NCBI RefSeq assembly: GCF_009914755.1
Contig: NC_060935.1
DNA from: the human T2T-CHM13v2.0 reference genome, Homo sapiens
Length of the DNA: 64,000 nt
Direction: 5' to 3' (one strand)
Shown here piece by piece: positions 15,145 through 31,796 of this stretch. Positions within the stretch are counted from its first letter, which is position 1; the number at the start of each line of letters is the position of its first letter. Both the position numbers and the translations under genes were made by a program. Below the pieces are notes generated by a model. The model saw nothing but the letters and a program-made list of their open reading frames with translations, did no database searches and had not been told where the DNA came from.

Positions 15145-17249
15145 TAGATGCAGTCACATTCCACAGGGGATCTGCAATGGGAGGGGTCTCCACCTGCAGG
15201 GAGGAGGCGCTGTCTGCAGCCACAGCCTGTGGAGCCTGCAGAGCTGCTCAAGTCAATGCACACCCATGTTGGTCTGCTCTGCTGCATTACCGACCCTTCA
15301 AGGAGGTGGCCTCTCGTAATCACCCACCCAACAGGAGACAGCAGGAGAGTGAGAAGGACAAAGTAAGATCGCTGCTGCAGATGTCGGTCTGAGGCATCAC
15401 ATAATAAATAGAACTCACCCACCTCCCTCCTCTCCTCCTGAGGTTCCGACATGCATCCAGCTGACCGCTTCTGTGCTACCCAGAGAGCGGGGCTGGCAGA
15501 TGACTGATGTGGGCCCCTTGTTGTACCTCCATCTCCATAAAGTTGTTCTAGGCCATGTGGGTAAGTCAGACACACTGTGAGTCCTCAGGTAAGGATGGCC
15601 ACCTGATTCCAGCCAGAGAATGAATGCCCTCCTGGACAGGCCTCAACCTGGGAAGATGCAACACTGGGAAGATTCAACTCCTGGACCCGGACCAGACGGC
15701 TGAGTCTTCACTGTGATCCAGGAGTCCAAGTGCATCCCTGCCTCCAGCCACAGAGCTGATGACGGGGTGTTCTGCAGGAAGTGTAGCCAACACGCAGGAT
15801 GCTTCTCTTGACGCTGTCTTTGGGCTGAAGGTGACAACCTACATTTTTTTTTGTCTTATGTACAAATGCCAGAAACTCTTCCAGTAAAGCTGCCATACTA
15901 GACAGGTGCGATTGGAACTATCATTTGGTGGAGTTTACAGCAGCCCACTGTCATCTGCAATAATCCACCTGGTCCTGAGAGGGGCTGGGCCAGTGACTAA
16001 ACTGGGGGTGAGATGGGGACCTCCCTTGCTCAGAGCTCTCACGGGCAGGTGCAGGTGCACGACGCCAGACTGCTTTTGTTTGTTTGTTCCCTATTTTCAT
16101 CCTCCCCAAGAGCTGCTCAGTGGACCACGCTCTGTGGGGTCTGCCATCTCCCTGAACATTCACCCGCCCCTAGGCCGAGAACCACGGACTTTTCCTGATT
16201 CCTTGCAGGAGTCTCAGAATCGCTGGTGCTGGTGCAGGTGCAGGTGTGGATTTACACAAGCAACAAAAGCACACCCGTGGGGAAATCAGGTCAAGATGAG
16301 AAGCACCTTTGAAGCATTCGATAGATAAGCAGTTGATCACTCCTCAGTGGGAAATAGTAAAAGCAACCACAGTTCATCTTAAAGGAGATGAAAAAGCATA
16401 CTTTTTAAATATTTCGGCCGTTCATGGTATTTCTTTCTGAAAACGGTAACCTTTCTTCTTCTATGTAGAACAGCAGTGCCCGGCTTACAGTGGCTCTGGA
16501 AAGAAGGCCTGTGTACTTGGAGACACCCCAGCCAGTGGGGTGCACTCCAGGCTCTGAGGGCTTCTTTTTCCACCAGTGTGGAGAGCCTGTGGAATGTCGT
16601 CCGCTCACAGACCAGCCTGTGGGGGCAGCCGGCTGGTCCTCAGGAAGGCCAGGGTGCTCAGAACAGAGATTGCCATTCCCTGCTGCACTCCTGCCAGCCT
16701 CCCTGAGGCGAGGCACATCCTGACGACAGCCCATGCGCATCAGATGCCTCCTCCATGGGAGTCACCAAGGGAAATCCATTCTTTCCCTGAGACCTCTGTA
16801 TGTCTTGCCAAGGCTCCATGCACAGGTGCGGGGCTGCGTGGATCAGAGCAGGTGTTCTCTGAAAGAACAGGTGCCAGGGCTTTCTGCTGACTGCAGTGAA
16901 ACGCCTCCATGCTTGGATGTCAGGAGGGCTCTAGCTCAAACCCTGTGATTCTCCAGTGCAGTGAAATCCCGGAGGACACAGTGACAGACCTCCCATGTGA
17001 CCAGGTCTCCCATAACGCATGTCCCTTTTGCAAACCGAGCTAAAGCCACACTACCAGCCTGCTCACACAACAAGCGTTTATTATTTCTCACCATCTTTGG
17101 AACCAGTACTTGGTGCCCGGAAGCAGGCTGATCACAGGGTGGTAACCTCTGGTTGGTGAAGTGGCCACAGCAGCTTTGATTTTCACGCAGCGGGCGCTGT
17201 ACCAGTCTCACAATGTGAGGCCCTGTATTCTGGCTGATAATAAGGAGAG

Positions 17250-17512
17250 TGTTGCTCAGGAGGGAAGCGGAGTCTGAAAGAGCTAGATAAGAATTCTGGC
17301 TCTTCCAGTCACAGACTTCCTAGCCCTGGGCACACTGATCCGTCTAAGGATCAATCTGCCTCCACTTTTTGGTTGATTCTTAAACACTCATTTACCTCCC
17401 TGAGTCTAAGTTTCTTTACCCCAAACATGGGAAGAAGAAAACTCCTCTTTCTTTAGATCACAAGGTGGTTGTTAGGGTAAAATAAGATAATATGCACCGA
17501 AGTACTTAGGAA
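17250..17512 (+). mobile_element. MIR SINE
   Basis: tttacctccctgagtctaagtttc...aaggtggttgttagggtaaaataagataatatg matches the MIR core and tail. Confidence 0.6.
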
Positions 17513-18012
17513 ATGTAAAAACTATGCAAATATAAGGTGTTTTTAAAGTATATTTTTGTACTGTAAGTATAACGTATTGAGATGCAAGATATTTTAAATA
17601 TTATACAAAATAAGCAAAGACTAGAATTGAATTTCCTGGCACTTTCTCTCTTTTGCTACCTGATTACAAATAGCGTTAGTTCAAAAACCAACTTTCCTAA
17701 TGAAGAACTATATCTGGCAATTACTTTTATAACTTTTCCTCTAGAGGATCATAAACCTCCACCTTCAGAAATGCCTAAAACAAATTCACTCTGTTGCTTC
17801 AGACTGATGTGACGTGTGATAAGTTATAAGGCATTCAATTTCAAAATCTCCCTCATTAAAATAATTCATACCTTATCCACCCATGTCTTTAGGTTTTTCC
17901 TTCTCTATGTGCTGAAAGAAATGGGAGCAGGAAGTAGCATTTATTGAATATTATTTGGTGCCAGATACCCTTCTGTGCATGTAACTTACATATGTGACTA
18001 CAGGGATAAGGC

Positions 18013-18718
<706 letters not shown>

Positions 18719-18862
18719 ATGCAATGAGGAAACCAAGGCGTAGAGAGCTCCTGTCCCTCGCCGGCCTCCTATCCTGGTGAGTGGCAGAGCACAGATCAGA
18801 AGCCAGAGATGCTTTCCTTCAAGCATGCTGACTCCCGAGACTAGAAATAAGAAGGTATTTAA

Positions 18863-19155
<293 letters not shown>

Positions 19156-19182
19156 TAAGTGGGTATTTAAAATAGTGACTTT

Positions 19183-20115
19183 GAAGGTGTGCTGAAGAAG
19201 ACCACTGCCCTTGTGGGACTGGCTATATTCAGAGTCCACATGAGAGGCTAAGAATATTGTACACAGAGATTCTTGATGTTCTTGAGCAAATCCCTAAAAA
19301 TGCAGCATATAGAAAGTACATAGAACAGATTACAAATGAGAAGCCGGCTGTGGTTAAAGTGGAAACAGATGTTAAAAAATTAGAAGACCAACTTCAAGGT
19401 GGTCAAATAGAAGAGGTGATTCTTCAGGCTGAACATGAACTAAGTCTGGCAAGAAAAATGAGGCCGTGGAAAGCCTGGGAGCCATTAGTGGAGAGCCTCT
19501 TACCAATCTGTGGAAATGGCTAGCATAATTATTAAATGACCTTGGAAGGTTGGTGGCAAACTGATGGAATTATTCTGTTAAATAAGAGTGTGTCCATATT
19601 ACTGACATTTTATCATCAAGAAAATGGATATAGAAAATATTTAGGGGATTGTTAAAATTAGTGATTATGGCAATATGGTTTTGTGAATAAAATTTTGATT
19701 TATGAAGTATTCACAAAAATTATTTCAAAGATATTTCTTTGAACAGCAAAGGTCAGGAGAAGATTTGAAAATTAATTAGAAAAAATTCCTACAGATCTTC
19801 AATGTAGAGGCCATAATCAAAAAGGAAAGTTTCTTCGGTAGTATGTTCGATACATCATTTAATTTTAAAAATTATCCTGAAGAAGAAAAGATCCTTAATG
19901 ATTACTGTCTAAACAAATTTATAGATCACTGTTTAAAGTAAATAAGAGCGAATATTTTCAAATGTGATAAAATAACACAAGTGACTGGTGATAAAATTTG
20001 AAATTATGCTTAATCTCCTTGGCTGTGATCTTATGTATATAAAGTTAAATTTAAATATATGTTCATATATTGATTACAAAATCCAGAATAAATGTCATTT
20101 TATTTTAAAATAGCA
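19183..20115 (+). pseudogene. NDUFA5P1: NDUFA5 processed pseudogene
   Basis: Intronless [41 protein letters not shown]...[17 protein letters not shown]...WEPLVE; no ATG, two frameshifts; AT-rich 3'UTR with AATAAA near 20087. The 3' limit is uncertain and the symbol is inferred from the 11p15 location. Confidence 0.9.
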
Positions 20116-22001
20116 CCTTTGTGTACAATGCCATAGCATTTGTATTATTCAGATGGTTTGTCAGTTACCTTCATCTTTTTTCCTCTCTAAGATTGTTTTA
20201 CATATGGGACTATTTCCCCCTCCAAATAGTCCTAAATCTAAACATTTTGCTTCTTGTCCAAATAAATAAAAATAATCCAGACATCCAATTTAAAAAATTG
20301 TTTCTTTCCTAGACTACCTTGTACAGGAAATATCACCAAGATTCTTTGTCACTCCATCTTCCAGATTTGGGTTAAAGAAAATGGGGTGATTCACAACAGA
20401 TGTGAGAATTATGGACCTCAAAGGTTGCCCAGTTCCTTCCTATTTCCCCCTGTTCCTAAAATGACAGAGCACTTCGGTTTTCCCTGCATTTGGGTAACTG
20501 GCTGACTGCAGGCTGTGGACCTTGGCCAGATGGGAGGCTGTAGTGACAGAGGCTGGATGAGAAGCCAGGTTCCCTCTAACACCCCTACCCCACACCCCGC
20601 AACTCCCCAGGTGCTCCATTGAAGAAACCAGAAAGAAGCCAGACATTTTGCTACGGAACCAACTTGCTCCCTACATCAGAGAGAGATGGCTGCCAGTCTC
20701 CTAGCTGGAGGGATTGCATTTCCTGGTTCTGATCTTGGAGGTGAAACAGTAAGACCACGCTTTTTGTTTTACCAGACAAGGAGCCTACTGGAAACATTCT
20801 TCTCGGTTAAAAAACAAATTTCTCCATTTAACGACTGGGCTTTAGCTAACGTTATTACCACTAGCAATTTACCATCCTTTGAACTTAAATTAAAACTTTG
20901 ACACCTCTTTATAAAAAGCCTCCACATAAAACATAATTATTGTAATGAAGATGCATTGCTTCTCATTGGGGATTTATGGCAACTATTTTATTCAATTTGC
21001 TGAGGAATGTCAGGATGAAATGACAGGGGTAACCCCTGAAAAAATAACCACCAAAGATAATTCTTCAGGAGAACAGGTGAAACAGTGTAGGACAGCAGGC
21101 TATTATCTGTTGCAGTTAAATGTCATCCATTTCTGAGATGGACACACAAGGCCATCAGTCAATTGAACTGGACTTCGATCAAAGAGAGCATTTTACTTTC
21201 TGTCCTATTGATGGTGTCTCATAACAAAATAATAATTTGCATTTCTACGGTGCCTTTCATCTCATAGGATTTTACAGATGCTAAATTATTTAGCTTTATA
21301 ACAATTCTGAGAGGTAAATTTCTTGAGACACTAACCTGAGGCACTGATAAACTAAATGACCTACCCAAGGGCACAGCTCCAAACAGATCCTGAAGAACAG
21401 CTTAATCTTGTCTCCCGGGGGCATTTCTGTTTCCTCATTTTTTATGGTTAAGCTCATCTGAGCGCTTTTCTCACTCAAACAGATGTTTCTTTTTAAACTC
21501 CAATCAGAATCACCCCATTGTTCTGGGACATAAAGAATATAGCCAAGTAAATCCCTTCAGAACATAGCTTAGTCTCCATGCTTTTATTTTTTAATTATTA
21601 GTGAACAAATCATCTGACAAGGGTGAGGAACTGGCAGATAATCTGGGATCTCATTTCAGAGGGACGCCCTTCAACACACTGCACAAATATGTCACCTTCT
21701 TTTGCATGGTGCACAGTTGAGCTTTATTTATGAGAGCAGTTCAAGATTTGTGTGCTTAAATTTTATAGTCTCTGCATAGACTGACAGGATAATAATGGCA
21801 GAAAGAATGTAGTAGTCAACCTTCCTGATTCAGGTTCTCTCAATTGAGCCTGAGGTAGAACTTCTGAGGCCGGAGGTAGAAGAGGTTAGGATGGGGAGGG
21901 AGGGTAATTAATTATTTCTCAGGCTACAGAGGCTGACGAAGAAGAAATAAAATTGGGTGGGCCTAAGAACATAAAACTAAGGACCGAGGACATTTTCATA
22001 T

Positions 22002-22431
22002 TGTTCAAATAATTAGTTGGTTAGCCATCGGGCTGAGACATTCCAGGGCCTTGGGTTCCTACACAAGAAAACTAAAACCCAACTCAAACAATAAAATGGA
22101 ACTTAAGCTCGACCAATCAGAAACTGCCAAGCGCCCTCTAAGTGGAGACTTTACCAATTAGAAACCACTAACTAACCTCCAGCTGGGGACTTTCCACTTC
22201 AACCAATCACATGTTTTCTTTGTCTCACTTCAAGGAACACCTTGTAAAGGTTGTAAACGTTGTCTCTACTGCCCTCTTGTGGAGCTACTTCCAGGAACAC
22301 CTTGTAAACGTTGTCTCTCCTGCCCTCTTGTGGAACTCTCACTTGAGCTTTGTTGCTGCCAGATTCATGAATTGCTGTCAGCTCAAATAAACCCATTAAA
22401 TTTTAAATGTGCCTAAATTTATCCTTTGACA
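22002..22431 (+). mobile_element. ERV1 solo LTR (MER93/MER57E-like)
   Basis: TG...CA ends, three CCAAT boxes, AATAAA near 22387, internal ~60-bp duplication. Confidence 0.7.
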
Positions 22432-22484
22432 TCCCCCAAATATGTAAGTCTTGTTTGCATTAAGGATGAGAAACAGCATCTTCG

Positions 22485-23420
<936 letters not shown>

Positions 23421-23519
23421 TGTGGACACACATTCACCATGAATTTCTCAGGCTGTATCTTTGTTTGGCAGATGTAAGGGTACGGCCAGTGAGCAGTGGC
23501 TGTCCACGCACAGGCACTT

Positions 23520-23613
23520 CCCTTGACCTGCTGACTCAGACACCTGGGGCGGGGCTGGATGATCTCTGTCTTCCAAGCCCTGCAGGTGATGCTGGTGCAT
23601 ACTCAAGTTGAGA
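23520..23613 (+). mobile_element. MER5A 3' half
   Basis: gacctgctgactcagac...caagccctgcaggtgatgctggtgca...caagttgagaa. Confidence 0.6.
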
Positions 23614-23614
23614 A

Positions 23615-24212
23615 TGAAGGGACAGAAATTACTTTAAATGGAAAACTCCTGAACAGTCAGCAACTGCAGAAAGGAAACACTGCCTCTACATAAGCAGCTG
23701 CCCCAGAACACAGAGGCAGCTGCTATTGACGCCCTCTGGGGGGACTTCCTGCTTGGAAGAGGGTTGAACCCTCACCGAGATGCGCGTTCAGCTGCCCATT
23801 AGCATCAAGACTAGGAAACGACCTTCCACACTCCTCCGGAAGCCCTGAGCTCCTCTTGTTACCGTGTTCGTTGGTATGTACGCCTTTTCCTCATTCTTGA
23901 GCCCTCACATGGACCTTCCACACTCCTCCGGAAGCCCTGAGCTCCTCCTGTTACCATGTTCGTTGGTATTACACCTTTTCCTCATTCCTGAGTCCTCACG
24001 TGGACCTTCCAAACTTCTCTGGAAGCCCTGAGCCCCTCCTGTTACCGTGTTCATTGCTATGCATGCCTTTTCCTCATTCCTGAGCCCTCACAAGCGTGCA
24101 TGAGCACAAGTAGATGGACCTGCTCTCTCCTGTCCACCTTTCTATTGTCAGTTCATTTGCAGACCCCAAACATTTGAAGCTAGGATGGTAGAGGAAAACG
24201 TTTCCCCCCAAT
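23615..24212 (+). mobile_element. MER34-like ERV1 solo LTR
   Basis: U5-type end tattgtcagttcatttgcagacccc...ggtagaggaaaacgtttccccc. Confidence 0.55.
23820..24091. repeat. Three tandem copies of a 91-92-bp unit
   Basis: gaccttcca...gagccctcac starting at 23820, 23912 and 24003. Confidence 0.95.
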
Positions 24213-24628
24213 AAGAACTGGTCTCAGGCTGCTCACCTGTGCCGTGTTCTCCACCAGCACGCCTTTCGCAAGTGACAGATGGAAACTCATGCAGAAGCAG
24301 GCACCAGAGCCAACACTCCTGGAAGGAGGTGGCACTGGGGGCCATGTGGAGAGCCTCACCTGGAATATCTTGTCTCATCCTTGCACAGACCTGGCAGGGT
24401 AGAAATCGGCCGTCCAGAGCCCATTGATGGGGCCGGGTTTGGAGGAAGCAGAGCCGAGGCGCTGATGGAAGCATGTAAAAGGAAGACCTAGCCTCACCTG
24501 CAGGGAAGAGGGTGAGTAAGTGCGGCGTCTGGGGCACACCTGGGAAAACCCCAGGCTCATCAGGCGATGAGGGCACTGCAGACATGACGCTGATCCTAGG
24601 ACTTTCTTTTGCTCTCCCAGAAGTATTT

Positions 24629-24791
24629 AGCAGAGGCTGAGGTCTAGGGCATGGGGTGAGAGGTTGAGGAAATGTCGGTCAACAGATATAAAATTTCAGT
24701 TGAACAGGAGGAATAAATTCAACAGACTTATTGTACAACACGGTGACTCTAGTTAATAACAACATATTGTATTTTCCAAAAAAAAAAAAAA
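24629..24791 (+). mobile_element. L1MA 3' fragment (left arm of an inverted duplication)
   Basis: aaaatttcagttgaacaggaggaataaattca...ttgtacaacacggtgactctagttaataac. Confidence 0.75.
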
Positions 24792-25254
24792 GAGTGAAAG
24801 GGTGTATAATACAATGATAAGAAGGACAGGAAATCAACAAATAAAAATAAATCCTACTTGTGCTTTGTCCCTCTCTGATTCTCCTCCTCCCTCTCTTTCT
24901 CTTTTCCCAATCTTGATTTTGTGAAATCTGATTTTGTGAAATGGGAACATGATCTCCACTCCAGGTTTCTGTGCTAAGTAAAGCCATTCCCACAGAGCCT
25001 GGCAAAGGTGGGTGCTCCCTACCTCAGAGCCCTTCTGCGCACCCCAGGGCCATTTCTCTCCTGCTTAGGCTGTCCAAGGTCAGGGGAGCCCAGGGGAACC
25101 TTCCGTCCAGGCCTGGCCTGCCCCTCACCTGCTGAGTGAGTTCAGGTAAAGGATTTATCAGCTTTCTGTCTGGGCTTCCCTTAACTATAAAAAAGAAGCA
25201 TTGAGGGTGTTCAGGTGGAGGCCTCTGCATCACCCATTTCCTTTAGACCTCAGC

Positions 25255-25440
25255 TCTCGATCAACAAAGATTTAGTAGAAGCACCTCCCACGTGCAAGGC
25301 ACTGTGTGAGGAATGAGGACTCTAGCGCTGGACACATGAAGACACCATCTCTGTCTTTATGTGGCTTACAGTTTATGGGGCAGAAAGATCATCCAAAAAA
25401 TCACAAAGTCATGTTTGATTACAAACTGTGACAGATTTGC
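25255..25440 (-). mobile_element. L2 3' fragment
   Basis: tcaacaaagatttag...agcacctcccacgtgcaaggcactgtg...ggcttacagtttatgggg. Confidence 0.55.
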
Positions 25441-26354
25441 TCCAGTTGCCATAAAAATCCAGCACAGACTGTGGGGGTGGTTAGCATGGAAGCTCATGGG
25501 CGGAAGAGACAAAGAAACAGGGCATTGCCCTTTCATGGTCATTGCGGTGTCTGTGAGTGACAGGCCACTGGCCCAGCATCAGTGCAAGTGACAGACTCAG
25601 ATCTGAGACAGACAGACAGACAGACATGAATTAGATCCCAGCTCCATCTCTCACTGCTTGCAAGACTTCGAGAATGTTCCTAACCTATAAAATCTCTGCT
25701 TTCCATACCTACAGAAGGAGGGTAAGGCCAATGCCATGGGGTTGCTTTGAGAATTAATTGAAGTAACACAGGCAAGCCCTTGGCTTTGGGGCTGCTCCAC
25801 CATGCGGCTGCCGACATGTTCCAGTCACCTGTCTGGAGCTGTTCAGGGTGGTGCTTTGGGGTGCTCTGTCCCCATGGAGTCTTCAACCAATAGCAGCTGG
25901 AATGGGCTCCATCCGTGAGACAGGACGGAGGCAGAGAGTTTGCAGTTCCAACCCTGACAGCTAAAGAGCAGAAGACCACAGGTCCCAGAGACCTGTCAGT
26001 AAGGACCTGCCCCTTCCTGGGCTGTGGACTTTCTATTTTGGACAATCTAAGCGAACAATATTGGGCTTCCCCTAAGTGACTGATTTTCTGTAAAGGCAAA
26101 ACCACCAAATTAGCACCTCACACATGAACTCATTCATCTGGCAACTAGGCCAAACCCAACCAAAGATTTTTGTCCGCAAGTTTCCAGGACAGTTTGTTTA
26201 TGGTCAGAGTCTTAGAGAAGGGAATGAACTGCAGGGTCCACTTACAAAATTTACAATTTGAGAAACCCTAGTTGCCTCAGCATCAGTTATGCCTCTTTGC
26301 ACCTGAACTGGGACCAAATGAACAGAAGCAACAGTGAATGAGTGTTGAAGAGGG

Positions 26355-26869
26355 TGTGGGATATGATGAGGTTTCTCTTCAAATAACCTGATCAATCTTT
26401 TATCCTTTAGTTCTTGGTACCCCCCTCCCTCCTTTTTTCCCTTTTCTCCTTTTTTTTCTTCCTGCCTTTGTTAGATGCCCAGGCACGCCGCGATACCAGG
26501 CATTATCAATACCGGCTCACATTCCTTTCCTTATTAAAAAAAACAACAACTAACTTTCTAGCTAATTAACAGACACCCCTTCCCCTTTCCTCTCTGCTTT
26601 CTTTTACGTGCCCACCTTATCTTAAAAAAAATAAAATGTTTAGCCAACCGCGATTATTTTATATTGTATAACCCAATCCCAGCCAATAGAAAAAGAGTAC
26701 AAAGGCAGGACTTGGTCAAAAATGAAGACTTTCATGCCGCTTTGTTCAGGTGAGCTCTCATGGTGACTGGCCAATGAGGCACCCCTCTGTGCAAAAATAA
26801 AATCGCTTTGCTAAAAATCGTTTGTTCAAGTATTCAATTTCCTTAGAAGTTTAAGCGTTATTCCTAACA
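26355..26869 (+). mobile_element. LTR10A solo LTR (HERV-I)
   Basis: Start tgtgggatatgatgaggtttctcttcaaataacctgatc, end ttcctaaca; 4-bp TSD aggg. Confidence 0.85.
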
Positions 26870-27752
26870 AGGGCATCCGGCTTCCACGTGGCACATGGAA
26901 TGGTACCTTCCGTCGCATGGCACAGGGATACCGTGGTTCCCAGAGCCAGCCAGTGAGCGGCAGAAACCCGTGGGCTGCCGACCTGCCCTGTGATTGGGAA
27001 CATCCCCTGCGCTGCGAGAGTGGTTTTCCTCACGCTACCTGGCTGGGCCATCTGGGCTGCAACACACCAGCATCATCGGCTTTCCATGCACCTTCCCCGC
27101 TATGCGTTCTGACATGGCCAGGAAGGAAGGCTCACCTCGAGCACGACACTGAACTCAGAGGTGCCTTGCCTCTATCAGTGACCAGACAAACCATTTCCCA
27201 TGTTTGTTTTGTTTACTTTGTTTTTGGCCAGGGAGAGCATGGAAAATGGCTCATCAGGATTTAAGCGTGCGGGGACCTGACATGACATTGCTCAGGACGG
27301 TCACATTTGTCCCTTCCCATAGAGGACTTGTCCCCTGATAAGCCTACATGTAGGACAACCGACCGAGTGGAATGGAACCGGCAGGGAGAAGCCGTGGCAA
27401 ATTCCCTCCAGAAACAGCGACGCCCTCCCACGCCCGACTGACTTCCCAGTGCAGTGTGTGGAACTCCTCTGAGTGGGGTGACCCTACTGACTTAGATCAT
27501 CTCCATAAGGCCCAGGTGAAGGTGAATATGACAACCCCACCACTTAGTCACAGCCAGCTTCCTGTCCAATAAGATAAGAACAAAACTCCAGGAAGGCAGG
27601 ACGTGTGATGGCGGGTCTGAGTCACTCCCTCCAGACACGTGGCTGCCGCAGGCCAGCTTCTTCAGGTCCATTTTCCTCAGGCAGAATCCATCTGAAGCCA
27701 TATTCTCCCTGTCCTGCACACACTATGCATTAAAACATCCAGGTAGATTCAC

Positions 27753-28054
27753 GGCCGGGTGCAGTGGCTCACGCCTGTAATCCCAGCACTTTTGGAGGCC
27801 AAGGCAGGTGCATCACCTTAGGTCAAGAGCTTGAGACCAGCCTTGCCAACATGTGAAACCCCGTGTCTACTACAAATACAAAAATTAGCCAGGCGTGGTA
27901 GTGGGCGCCTGTAATCCCAGCCACTCAGGAGTCTGAGGCAGGAGAATTGCTTGAACTTGGGAGGTGGAGGTTGCAGTGAGCCAAAATTCCACCACCGCAC
28001 TCCAGCCTGGATAGTAGAGTGAGACTCCGTCTCAGAAAAAATAATAATAAAAAA
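27753..28054 (+). mobile_element. AluSx-like
   Basis: TSD aacat(c/t)caggtagatt. Confidence 0.95.
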
Positions 28055-28724
28055 CAACATTCAGGTAGATTTAAAGCATTTGGAATAAGGCCTCGGTGAC
28101 TCACAGTAGCCTTCTATGCCACAGTTAAAGCTAAGCTCTATTTATACCTGGGGCAGTAGGGTGCTGTGCAGCAGCTTGTGTCTACCTGAGGTCTGCCCAG
28201 GGGAAATGGATTCTAGCCTTTCTTGCAAAATGAGTTCTAGCCTTTCTTTGTATGTGGAAAGGCTGGGACAAGGCAAAGCAGGACCATAGCTTTTCCAGGA
28301 GGGCTGGAGAGACAGTAAGGCTTATGTAGATCTCCATGTGATAGCAACATTTCCTAAAGCTCTTTCACTTCCATGTCCCAGAAAACCAAAAATGTTCCAC
28401 AGCCTCCACGGGGCATTGTAACTGTTTCCACAAGGAAGGCAGAATAACCTTCTTGTATCCTCCCTCTTAGTTTAGCCAAACTCAGTAAATTTGCTCTTCA
28501 ATCCGAACCTCTGAAAGATCTGGAGTTGTGTCCTAATGCTCTGCTGAAGCCAGTCAAGTGGGGCCATTTAGGGTTTGGTCAAAGATGATTCAGTAAGATA
28601 TGCACACATATATTTAAAGGGATGGATTACGGAGAACTGAGCTTAGGCCAGGATGCAAACTGGCTAAATAATTGGTGTAGGCTGTAGTTTCTGCATCTGG
28701 TGCTGAAGTCTGGAAGGTCTGGGG

Positions 28725-29530
<806 letters not shown>

Positions 29531-29560
29531 CACCACCATGATCTGTTTTCTGGCCTTTGA

Positions 29561-29880
<320 letters not shown>

Positions 29881-30194
29881 TATTTATTCGCTTTTTTCTT
29901 ATCCTGTTTTCTTCACCAAGATTGTCACTGACCTTGCTCAGTGTCTGTCTAATTCTTCACCACCCAGGTTAGTTTCCACTTTCCCTCTGAGCCTTTCTGA
30001 TTATTTCAACTCACGATGGCTTTTCTCTTCCACAAGACACAGAATTTATTGTCTCAACCAGGTCAGGGTTTCTTTGGGCATTCCCCCTGTCCTCGGAATA
30101 GCATAGCCCAAATCATGGCACAAGTAGGATTTATTTTTATTTGTTTATTTTCTGTCCTTCTTATCATCATATTATATACCCTTTCACTCTTTTT

Positions 30195-30710
30195 TATTTT
30201 TGAAAATACAGTATGTTGTTATTAACTAGAGTCACCATGCTGTACAATGTGTCCGTTGAATTTATTCCTCCTGTCCAACTGAAATTTTATATCTTTTCAC
30301 CAACATTTCCCCAACCTCTTACCCCACTCTCCATACCTCAGCCTCTGGTAACCACTATTCTTCTCTCTGCTTCTATGAGTTCAACTTTAAAAATTTTCCA
30401 CAGATGAGTGAGGTTAGGTGGTATTTGTCTTTCTGTGCCTGGGTTATTTCACTTAATATCATGTCCTCCAGGCTCATCCATGTTGTTGTGAATTGCAGGA
30501 TTTTCTTCTTTTTAAAAGCTGAATAGTCTTCCGTTGTGCATATGTACCACATTTTCTTCATTCGTTCATGCCTTGATGGATACTTAGGTTGATTCCATAT
30601 CTTGGCGATCGTGGACAGTGCTGCAGTGAACATGGGAGTCTAGTGACGTCTTTGGTATGCTAATTTCAAATCCTTTAGATGTATATCGAGAAGTGGAATT
30701 AATGGGTCCA
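30195..30710 (-). mobile_element. L1MA 3' fragment
   Basis: ORF2 end (AKIWNQPKYPS...KKMWYI) plus L1MA 3'UTR. Confidence 0.85.
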
Positions 30711-30904
30711 AGTGGGATTGAATACCAGACAGATGAATCATGAATGCGAGCAGGATTTGCATTTCTTTAGAAGCGAAACTGGAGAAGATTGGAGGTTAAA
30801 CATTGGATCAACATTGGTTGTCAGCTTGAGCATGAGAGTTGGGTGAGAGGCAGGTGCAGTGCAGGGAAGTGTTGATGAGAGAGAAGCAGGCCTGAGTGAG
30901 GGCT

Positions 30905-31285
30905 TCTATTTGTCTGTTCTCACATTGCTGTAAAGAACTGCCTGAGACTGGGCCATTTATAAAGAAAAGAGGTTTAATTGACTCACAGTTCCATAGGCTG
31001 TACAGGAAGCATGGCTGGGGAGGCCTCAGGAAACTTACAATCATGGCAGAAGGTGAAGGGGAAGCAGGCAGTCTTACAAGCCAGAGAAGGAGGAAGAGAG
31101 GGTGAAGGGGAGGAGCCACATGCCTTTAAACAACCAGATCTTGTGAGAACTCATCACTGTCACAAGAATAGCAAGGGAGAAATCCACCCCCATGATCCAG
31201 TCACCTCCCACCAGGCCCCTCCTCCAACACCGGGGATTATAATTCAACATGAGATTTGGATGCGGACACAAATCCAACCATATCA
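30905..31285 (-). mobile_element. MSTA solo LTR
   Basis: aaagaaaagaggtttaattgactcacagttcc...catggcagaaggtgaagggg...ccaaccatatca. Confidence 0.9.
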
Positions 31286-31796
31286 TCAGGGGAGAGCTGG
31301 CAACTGTGCTGAAAGCTTCTGAGGGCCCTATAAGCCGAGAACAAGAAAGTGATCATCAGCTGTGGTGATGTAGGTGTAAGTCCTGATTGTGACAAGAGGC
31401 ATCTCAGAAGAACTACAGAAAAAAAGGGGAACATCAAATTATCCATGTGATGGGAATTGAAGATGTAGACAGTTCTGGCATTATGGCTGAGAATGTGACA
31501 AAATAGATGGGACGTTAAAAAGAGAGAGGAAGGTGGAATTGAGGAGGGGCCTGAAACAAATCTTGATAATTAAACGGACACCTTTGACAAATTACTCAGA
31601 TTCTTTGGGCCTCGCTCTTTCCATCTATAAAACAGGAGTAATCATAACAGGTGATCTATTTTGTTATTGAGAGTTAGATGAAGTAGAGATAGAAATAATA
31701 TCCTAATGTGGGTGGCAACACAATTTGTCTGTACTAGTTAACGGAGACAAGAGTAATGATAAGAATATGGCAATTATTGGAGTAGAGGAATTAATA

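Noticed and set aside
15150-17220. Cluster of overlapping 60-150 aa ORFs in GC-rich unique DNA
   Set aside because: No recognisable domain, splice pattern or strand preference; expected by chance at this GC content
19168-20121. TSD for the NDUFA5 pseudogene (aaaatagtgactttg / aaaatagcacctttg)
   Set aside because: Three central mismatches, and the downstream copy may be parent 3'UTR; cannot be confirmed without alignment
26470-26491. p53 response element in LTR10A
   Set aside because: Both half-sites deviate from RRRCWWGYYY at core positions
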